From a virus (lineage: Duplodnaviria; Caudoviricetes), in IMG/VR virus record IMGVR_UViG_3300028392_000069, positions 1-60,247 of that record: a stretch of DNA of 60,247 nt; one strand, given 5' to 3'. This document shows positions 55,401-60,247 of the stretch, in pieces. Position numbers and translations under genes: made by a program. The notes beneath the pieces were generated by a model, which worked only from the letters and a program-made list of their open reading frames with translations, was not told where the DNA came from and did no database searches. Position 1 is the stretch's first letter. Each line of letters starts with the position of its first letter.

Positions 55401-55897
55401 TGCTCAGCATACTTACGGTTAGACAGGCGGTTTAGTTCCTCTTCGTTGTACGGAGCCTCGGGCATTTTTTTGCCCTCTAACACTGACTTACCTACATCCC
55501 CAACATTTATAGGAACCCCAGTCGCCCAATCCCGTACGGTGTTCATTACATTACCGACGCTATCCAGCATAGATGGAGATGCCGGTTTTGGCACGGGCGC
55601 TGGGGGTGCAGCTTGGGGCGCTGGGGGTGCAGCTTGGGGCGCTGGGGGTGCAGCTTGGGCTACAGGGGTTTCCGATACAACTTCCCAGCTAGCAGCGTTG
55701 TATGCACGCAGTACATCTTTGGCGGTAGCATCTCCCGCGTTAGCGCTAGCTTGTAACTGCTGTAGTTTTTGAGGGGGTAAAGTTGTCCCTGTCCACCGAG
55801 TTTGTGCAGCAGGGGTTTCAGAAACAACTTCCCAGCCAGTGTTTACGGCTGCACTAGCTGGGGTTTCGGAAACAACTTCCCAATCAGTTTGCGCCAT
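49466..55897 (-). CDS. Giant internal virion/ejection (polyvalent-type) protein, 2143 aa
   Basis: Last gene of the virion arm; WEVVSETP x3, Pro/Ala repeats, AHEVLH zincin motif, YFPLMRYG, and a helical C-terminus with LQFKSY. Confidence 0.75.
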   Translation of the reverse strand: MAQTDWEVVSETPASAAVNTGWEVVSETPAAQTRWTGTTLPPQKLQQLQASANAGDATAKDVLRAYNAASWEVVSETPVAQAAPPAPQAAPPAPQAAPPAPVPKPASPSMLDSVGNVMNTVRDWATGVPINVGDVGKSVLEGKKMPEAPYNEEELNRLSNRKYAEQQNKIQTAPNMTQGIRVVPSAATISGEKMQGASFPARVTAKALVGGEKGIAGLYRLAGDVTGNETFQEIGRGAGLNAEEREAAMGPARTGGVEGFGPKSVVPTLTNYLTSQGESAASGAAQILALSAFGPEAAAPLFGVMIGSQQYSKAREQGKTPLEAFGNAVPSGAFALVSNKLIGLDKVGNSIKTLLDQNASIELKKLAGNQLLQAGVREVPVSLVQYSGQAGVDLLPGIGLNPNLTMEEFIDGLRDTAIQAGMMGVGLRGAGKAAGKILDLTKPIADPSKIIKLSEEPAAPAAPAAPAAPAAPAAPAAPAAPAPVQRVEPKLTRKKLPASKGAEPVLTPEAQIAPVPGRVEPNLEEVQPPAEAAPTEGRVEPKLTDEALTTTALIPTVDANFAALVADFRKKGYMTDDAERLARVAFEEQADPQRVEQLRIDMVSAGENPQTAHNKAVEQAVQEALDAKQADQQGATNVARPVPDTTGVGDESAVQPLPDAATTEGLGAPKRDGVVSTEQDVGELAEGKGKPAPAIVPPPPPPPPRAKVERTQEETDAINALDATRNTETKGKPSGIKTVETVEAKAQEQKAPAAGVSKRGRPKAELTEEEKAQKADERKTARREYMKGERTLPKVLGKLDKANEDIKPEDVESEADVINQSREKQGDKRDAINDLLDLEAKHRGTELGKRIKEVLNDTSRISKKELDDIIKGRKVKAQERASKSNAGNVEAEAPNEGFKKDTNASQALKRIIDTGTPFQAFLAKRLLPFVMNTKFIVVEESEPLPEQLERHKEAWGEDENRSRGVYIENRATGEKTIYVRGSSGGEYQGINPTVVAHEVLHAALQQKLSLAKLAFDRGFSGDAKLTRAYTDLVKVMKNAEAEYNRLESEGKLPEGIVDLKNKSEAFSNPHEFISYGMTDPAFQKFLMGAEGMKEKGEFVGEKLIQPLSSLYNKFVNTMRELLGMTPDKFNALSDLIAVTDKVLSSRLTPDMQMVAKSERKLASEAAKGKEEVALEAKKASKKITAIQRKIQKSKDAQETIDGIDSLIGMRDPRVFLDTLKAIWSGLNVKKLQALLPAIQTNVLAEWGKNLGITNMDRATRLMDDMDSMRSKMLSGAANVVEKWLEINSGMYGKYIKGKRNELIDLSAVMHYSTDKGIDPSNNTKDPVLNKMWNGLSDTAKEVYAEVRDFYKSNYDLYRTLLNERINNLKIPGDPNNPDTPKGQLMVEIKKMYEAGKKLAPYFPLMRYGDYWLRIGSGKKKEFYMFESVVDRELFMRKQVRQLNAEGDARTLDQMKGDEDIETGNDLTALRNKSIDNNSAPLLKEIFELIGNSLENVEAEKLKDQIYQLYLQTMPEQSFRRQFIHRKGTAGFSGDALRNFITSSTNMASQLARLKYSQPLLLAIDSAKEGLKGNPEKDKLVMLVDELGKRVELDIAPPPIDSMARGVANFANKSAFLYFMTSVKTAVVQAASLPVMGLPVLLSRHSAPSVFLEMGKMMTVYNDVGVRDKDGKFSMPTLLNSSRVKLNPEEQRAGEAMIDRGISEVTMTYDLMDRRSTPTAKYSGAWRTATNMMGALFHHVERLNREVMFMTSFRLSRKEGMSFDDAVEQAVKDTHDSLGNFKESNRGRIMRGPLGRTLLQFKSYPTFVTTYFTRNAYRMMAGMDSAAKKEAAIQFFGSLAMSGLIAGYVGIPGISAAMGAVQGIINQMRDEDDDDPLEERDLETYFRNVVIPRMFGEAQIGGYKISELLDAGVLDTLTGYNMSNSLSMNNMWFPDQKEQATEVATAQQYALSMAGPFASLMLNQIPSAIDSFKQGKTLQGIEKLLPAVLRAPVTAYRYSQEGVRTSTGAVIKEPEEFTKAQLIAQGLGARTTGLASQQEALFKANALKAKVIQEKGELIKRLDREAELGSDKAVDDAIGNVLKFNYRNPANGVNTDDLPNMLQKRLEQRLKSYRGFPIEEKFYPALADLLDVPIGKLEREAAKE
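54450..54528. repeat. 9-bp tandem repeat encoding (PAA)n
   Basis: ggagcggca/ggagcagca units, about 8 copies. Confidence 0.9.
55597..55659. repeat. 21-bp tandem repeat x3 encoding QAAPPAP
   Basis: ggcgctgggggtgcagcttgg repeated. Confidence 0.9.
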
Positions 55898-55898
55898 A

Positions 55899-57557
55899 TT
55901 AATTTACTTTTGTTGGCTGGCCGTTTTTAAGAGTCCACTTCCCCTTGCCTCTAAACTCAGTGATTACACCTTCTTTTAACATACTAGCAGGAGGGGTAGT
56001 TGAAGCCGCCGCAGGAGCCGCAGGAGCCGCAGGAGCCACAGGGGGAGGGGTAGCTATACCTGATTTATCTCTAGTAGCCCTAAACCTCTTACGATAATCG
56101 TCTTCTAGTTTTGCTAACGCTGCTTGATCTTCAGGTTCTGTAGACTGCGAAAGCTTGCGTGCTGTCTTATCCATCAGCTTATGGGAACTCCAAGCTTTAT
56201 CTTCCTCTTCGCTAGCTTTTTCACCAACCGCTGCCATCTGTGGGGCTTGTCTAAGGCCATACACTTTTGCTAAAGCTGCTTTTTCTTCGTCGGTTCCAGA
56301 AGTCATTATCCGCATTGCTTCACTTTGGTCGGTAAGTCTTGGTGGTGATTTAGGTGCAAATGGTCGTTTGTTACGTTCCGCAGCAGCTTCCACTGCACCT
56401 TTAGCCGACTCTTTACGCCCAGCAACACCGAGGATACCTGTAGCCATTTTACCGAGTAAGGTGTTTAAGGATACGTTGTTGTCCTTAGCAATTTTAGCTA
56501 AATCTACTTGGGCTTTTTGCTCTGCTACTACATCGCCATTCAACTGTGCGCGTCGTAGCTCTTGAACTTTGTACTTTGCTTCATTGAGCATCACTTGTTC
56601 TTTAAGTGCGTCACCACGCAGCCCTTGCTCACGGGCAATATCTTCAGCAGCAGCTTTACTCCATGAAGCGCCAAACCCACCAAACAAACCACCAATACCG
56701 GTTTGCCCGCGAGTGCCTTCTCCAGCATCAATCAACGATTTAAAAAAAGCCGATTTTGCTAACCTTTTATTTTCTTCACGTTGCGTGTCTGATTCAGCAG
56801 CGTTTGCTTTTCGTTGCGCTTCTAAACCTTTAAGATAGTCCGCGCCAATTGGGGCGGTTGTATCAACCCCGTAATCTCTACCACCTTCACCTGTTAGGCG
56901 TTTTAGTATGGCTGCACGATTGTCAACCGTAGGAAGTTTTTTTCCTTGCTGCGCTTGTATTTGAGCCTTTAAAGCTTCAAACTCACTAGCTGTATCAATA
57001 CCGGAACCTTCTGCGCTACCACCTGTGTCATCATTTGTGTCATCACCTGCGTTATCACCATCTTCTTCATCCGCATTGGGATCAGAAACTTGGCTCGGCC
57101 CGTTTCCAGCAAACGCCACAATTCCACCCGAGCCGTACTCAAAGTTGCTGGAATCAACGGGTAAATTCATCAACCCACCATCTGCGGCGGAAACCGGTTG
57201 TCCTTCAGGGGGAGCTTGTGGAGGCATACCTTGTTGGGGCATACCTTGTTGTGGCTGGGCTGGCATACCTTGTTGGGGCATACCTTGTTGTGGCATACCT
57301 TGTTGTGGCATACCCATTGTGCCCGCCATTAGCTGCTGAGCAATTTCTTTAGGCAACGAAGCGTTCAGGGGTTCTGTTGGGGGGTTTTTAGGTATTCCAC
57401 GTTCTTTAATATTTCGATTGATTTCGTTCAACCGTATGAGTGCCATATATGGCGGGATATTAAGATTCATGCCTTTAGCCGCAGCGGACAACAACTGGAT
57501 TGACTGCGGAGTAGGGGGCAGCATATTAAGCTGCTCTTGGGTTTTGATTAGATTCAT
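55899..57557 (-). CDS. Internal virion/ejection protein (552 aa)
   Basis: GMPQQ repeats, AADGG and YGSGG motifs, acidic stretch, helical C-terminal half with a GG-rich segment. Confidence 0.7.
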   Translation of the reverse strand: MNLIKTQEQLNMLPPTPQSIQLLSAAAKGMNLNIPPYMALIRLNEINRNIKERGIPKNPPTEPLNASLPKEIAQQLMAGTMGMPQQGMPQQGMPQQGMPAQPQQGMPQQGMPPQAPPEGQPVSAADGGLMNLPVDSSNFEYGSGGIVAFAGNGPSQVSDPNADEEDGDNAGDDTNDDTGGSAEGSGIDTASEFEALKAQIQAQQGKKLPTVDNRAAILKRLTGEGGRDYGVDTTAPIGADYLKGLEAQRKANAAESDTQREENKRLAKSAFFKSLIDAGEGTRGQTGIGGLFGGFGASWSKAAAEDIAREQGLRGDALKEQVMLNEAKYKVQELRRAQLNGDVVAEQKAQVDLAKIAKDNNVSLNTLLGKMATGILGVAGRKESAKGAVEAAAERNKRPFAPKSPPRLTDQSEAMRIMTSGTDEEKAALAKVYGLRQAPQMAAVGEKASEEEDKAWSSHKLMDKTARKLSQSTEPEDQAALAKLEDDYRKRFRATRDKSGIATPPPVAPAAPAAPAAASTTPPASMLKEGVITEFRGKGKWTLKNGQPTKVN

Positions 57558-57566
57558 TATTGACTC

Positions 57567-58433
57567 CTACCCTAATGTAATTCCAAGTTTTGCTAGCGCA
57601 TCAGTCAACTGCCCAAGCCCACCAACAGTAGAAGTTAGTTGTCCAAGGGTTGACTGGGGCAAAGGTTGGTTGCTAACTGTGGAAATGGGCAGCCCTTGGA
57701 GCAAAGACTGTTGGAACTGTATTTGTTTTTGCGGGTAATCACGTTGCGCTAAGAACTCGTTATAGTCAGAAGTAAGACCTTGTTGCTCAATACCGCGTTG
57801 CTCTTGCCCTTGTTGCGTCATCATATCGGCTAGTGTTTTTGCTTGGCCTTGCTCTGTATTGAACTGACCCATAGCTTTATCGTAGGCATTAGCGTAGCCT
57901 TGGCCGACAGTTTTGTTTTGCTCTTGCATCAAGTTACGTTGGGTTTCGGAATCCATAATAGCTTGACGACCACCACCAAACGCGCCTGCACTAGCCATTT
58001 TTCCAGCGTTTTGGTTTTGGGTAATTTGAGACTGTCGGCGTAGCTCATCTAGCTGTGGGTTTAATACAGATTGCAAGTACGGGTTCATGTATTGCCCAGC
58101 AATACCAGTTCCCCCTTTACCACCCGTAATTGACCCGTTAGCTCCGTATTGCGGCAATTGATACGCCCCAGCAGAACTAAAACTTTGCCCAAGATTACTA
58201 GGAAAATCTAACCCACCAAGCCCGCCAAAAACTTTGTTTTGTAAATCAGAAGCGCCTGCAACCTGTGCGCCTTGATAGGTTTGATATGGTTGGTCAGCTA
58301 AAGCCGATGCTTTACCAAGCATACTTGTTACGTATGGCCCCGCCCATTCAGATAAGGTAGAGGAAGATGTGCCCCCCGCAGCAGGGAGAGAAGAGGCCGA
58401 AGTTCCGGCAGTATTAGTAAGAGCGGTTGCCAT
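57567..58433 (-). CDS. Putative DNA ejection/pilot protein
   Basis: YMNPY...GAFGGGR...QQ..L..DY.EF.AQ..YP pattern; Gln/Gly/Ala-rich; C-terminal G-rich hydrophobic helix. Confidence 0.65.
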   Translation of the reverse strand: MATALTNTAGTSASSLPAAGGTSSSTLSEWAGPYVTSMLGKASALADQPYQTYQGAQVAGASDLQNKVFGGLGGLDFPSNLGQSFSSAGAYQLPQYGANGSITGGKGGTGIAGQYMNPYLQSVLNPQLDELRRQSQITQNQNAGKMASAGAFGGGRQAIMDSETQRNLMQEQNKTVGQGYANAYDKAMGQFNTEQGQAKTLADMMTQQGQEQRGIEQQGLTSDYNEFLAQRDYPQKQIQFQQSLLQGLPISTVSNQPLPQSTLGQLTSTVGGLGQLTDALAKLGITLG

Positions 58434-58442
58434 TTTTAGTCC

Positions 58443-59549
58443 TTATGTGGGAAGGTACTTATCTACATTGGTGTTGGCTGCAATATTGTTTGTTGCACTC
58501 CTAGCCTGCTTAATTCGATCCATCATAGCGTACAGTTTTCGTGCGCCAGCTTCGGATGAGCCATTGCCAATTTCAGAGACAATTCTAGCTGGGAGCACAA
58601 ACTCCCCATCAGCTAACTTGGCTTTTTGCGATTCCCCGATTGTGGCAGGAATATCATCGGACACCCCATCGCCGGGGCCACGCAAAAGCTGCCCACCATC
58701 TGAATACGCCCCTAGGTTAGAAATACCCCCAGAAGCCATACGCACGCTACCGCCTTCGGCATAGTTTTTAGCTACGTCAATATCAGCTTGGGATATACCA
58801 TATCTAGCCATATCCTCCATTAATTGTTGGGGGGTGGGATATGTACTTAAATAAGTTTTAATATTTTTATAGTATTGAGATAGCCCAACACCGCCGGGAG
58901 CTACAGCCTTTGCGTATCCTTGGGAAACTAGGGAACCAACTGGAGCTACTGTTGGGGCTACTGTTGGGGCTACCGTTGGGGCTCTAGTTGGGGCAACCAT
59001 GACGGCGGTAGTTGGGGCTATTGTTGGGGCTTGGGTTGGAGCAAAGGTTGTACCCGGCGCTGGAGTTGGAGCCACTGTTGGGGCTAAAGTCTCTCTGGAA
59101 ATGTTTGAAAGCAAAGTGTATAACCCCGTATTTGGATCGGGGGCGCTATTAAGTGCGGGAGCAGCACCTTGCTGCGTGTATTGCATAGGAGAGAAGTAAG
59201 TAATACCTCCAGACCCCGGACGCCTAGGGGTTACACCAGCGTTTGAAGTAGCAGGATTTGCTAAAGTATTTGTAGGTATAGGTAGCATTTGCCGATTAGC
59301 TGTATAAGTAGGAATGCCATACTTATACCCAGCAGGAGAACTAGATGAACCACTGCCCAACAAAGAACTTATACCGTAAAGCCCAGCAATTTGACCTGCT
59401 GTGCCCAGACTGCTAGTGCCACTAAGTAAGTTTTTTGCGCCTGTCCATAGGTCATTTACGTTCCAATCGGTTGCGCCACTTTGTACTCCAGTACTAAAAT
59501 CTCCGGGGTTGTAACTAGATGCATCAAATTGGGTAAGCTCGTTCGACAT
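58443..59549 (-). CDS. Virion-arm protein with Pro/Thr repeats and a GPG..SDDIPA..GEFV C-terminal domain
   Basis: APTV repeats; YAEGG, MASGG, YSDGG; GPGDGVSDDIPA...LADGEFV. Confidence 0.75.
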   Translation of the reverse strand: MSNELTQFDASSYNPGDFSTGVQSGATDWNVNDLWTGAKNLLSGTSSLGTAGQIAGLYGISSLLGSGSSSSPAGYKYGIPTYTANRQMLPIPTNTLANPATSNAGVTPRRPGSGGITYFSPMQYTQQGAAPALNSAPDPNTGLYTLLSNISRETLAPTVAPTPAPGTTFAPTQAPTIAPTTAVMVAPTRAPTVAPTVAPTVAPVGSLVSQGYAKAVAPGGVGLSQYYKNIKTYLSTYPTPQQLMEDMARYGISQADIDVAKNYAEGGSVRMASGGISNLGAYSDGGQLLRGPGDGVSDDIPATIGESQKAKLADGEFVLPARIVSEIGNGSSEAGARKLYAMMDRIKQARSATNNIAANTNVDKYLPT

Positions 59550-59550
59550 A

Positions 59551-60246
59551 TCATCCCTTTCCTAAAATTCGGAGGATTTCATCTGTGGTTGTGGGGGTAC
59601 TTGATGTACCCATAATTTGTTGGATGTAATCATTTACATCTGAAGTCTTAGCATTTTCGCTTTTCTCTTTGTTTTCTGCAAGGCTTTCAAGCAATTGATC
59701 TGGCTCTGCTCCAGCTTGGGTAACGCTTAAGGGTTTATAAATCTCTTCTTGCAATTCTCCGTCTTTTAACTTTTGCTTCTTAGACCCAAATTCTTTCCCA
59801 TAGTAAAACACATTAGCAAGCTGCGGTACATTTTGTTGGGTTGAAGCTGCTGGGATGCCTGTATACGCATAAGGCGATGGGGCTCGTGTAGGTTTAACTG
59901 TAGGTTTAACTGTGGGTTTAACAGTTGGGGCTACCGTTGGGGCTACCGTTGGAGTTACCGTTGGAGTTACCGTTGGAGTTACCGTTGGAGTTACCGTTGG
60001 AGTTACCGTTGGAGTTACCGTTGGAGTTACCGTTGGGGCGAGCGTAGGCTGAAGAGTAGGCTGAAGAGTAGGCTGAAGGGTAGGCTGAAGGGTAGGCTGA
60101 AGGGTAGGCTGAAGGGTAGGCTGAAGGGTAGGCTGAAGAGTTGGGGCAAGCGTAGGGGCGAGCGTAGGCTCAAGTGTTGGGGCAAGCGTAGGCTGAAGAG
60201 TTGGGGCGAGCGTAGGGGCAAGCGTAGGCGCAAGTGTAGGGGCAAG
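59551..60246 (-). CDS. C-terminal part of the giant gene that begins at 3258 (runs in from the right edge)
   Basis: Frame is open from 60246 to the stop at 59551: (LAPT)n(LQPT)n(TVTP)7(TVKP)3...NVFYYGKEF...ILGKG. Track ORF 59551..59811 is its tail. Confidence 0.85.
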   Translation of the reverse strand, partial: LAPTLAPTLAPTLAPTLQPTLAPTLEPTLAPTLAPTLQPTLQPTLQPTLQPTLQPTLQPTLQPTLQPTLAPTVTPTVTPTVTPTVTPTVTPTVTPTVTPTVAPTVAPTVKPTVKPTVKPTRAPSPYAYTGIPAASTQQNVPQLANVFYYGKEFGSKKQKLKDGELQEEIYKPLSVTQAGAEPDQLLESLAENKEKSENAKTSDVNDYIQQIMGTSSTPTTTDEILRILGKG

Positions 60247-60247
60247 C
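59890..60247. repeat. 12-bp tandem repeat array encoding PTVK/PTVA/PTVT/PTLQ/PTLA
   Basis: Seven perfect ggagttaccgtt units at 59951-60034 and eight ggctgaagrgtw units at 60047-60142. Confidence 0.95.

Noticed and set aside
49686-57738. Many plus-strand ORFs of 60-185 aa
   Set aside because: All lie antisense to long, well-supported minus-strand genes.
60027-60245. 72-aa ORF with FSLP repeats
   Set aside because: An off-frame reading of the 12-bp repeat; the Pro/Thr frame continues into 59551..59811.
1-60247. Stop-codon reassignment, tRNA genes or terminal direct repeats
   Set aside because: Genes tile densely under the standard bacterial code. I saw no cloverleaf in the few intergenic gaps (tRNAscan not run). 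The two ends share repeat type but no exact overlap.

Overview
The window looks like an almost complete, circularly permuted genome of a tailed dsDNA phage (about 60 kb). A proteobacterial host is suggested by sigma70 promoters, IHF consensus sites and a GH24 lysozyme; this is inference. The assembly breaks inside a Pro/Thr tandem repeat of one very large minus-strand gene that spans both window ends (1..3258 and 59551..60246). The minus-strand virion arm (49.5-60.2 kb plus 1-28 kb) carries terminase, portal, a GT60-like glycosyltransferase, GroES, scaffold, a Mu gpT-like major capsid, a second glycosyltransferase, many small basic GG-motif proteins, tail proteins, a tail fibre, lysis genes and large internal/ejection proteins. 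The plus-strand early arm (28.3-39.7 kb) has strong promoters, an origin-like non-coding region, small cassette-like genes and an AAA ATPase + metallopeptidase/VWA pair. The plus-strand replication arm (39.8-49.4 kb) has VRR-NUC, a Leu762-type PolA, a PD-(D/E)XK nuclease, HNH, SNF2 helicase and a primase-helicase. I found no integrase, RNA polymerase, tRNA or CRISPR. Most interesting signals: (1) 14 copies of the palindrome core TAACAWTGTTA (consensus CCTAACAWTGTTAGG), seen only in the early arm and also inside CDSs; (2) a GT60-like GlcNAc transferase co-encoded with a mucin-like (PTVT)n/(PTxA)n protein; (3) a candidate anti-Shine-Dalgarno sRNA at 49400-49466 complementary to early-gene RBSs; (4) identical RBS-bearing junction repeats between small early genes; (5) a shared xxxGG motif across many virion-arm proteins. 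All family assignments are by-eye motif recognition, not database searches.
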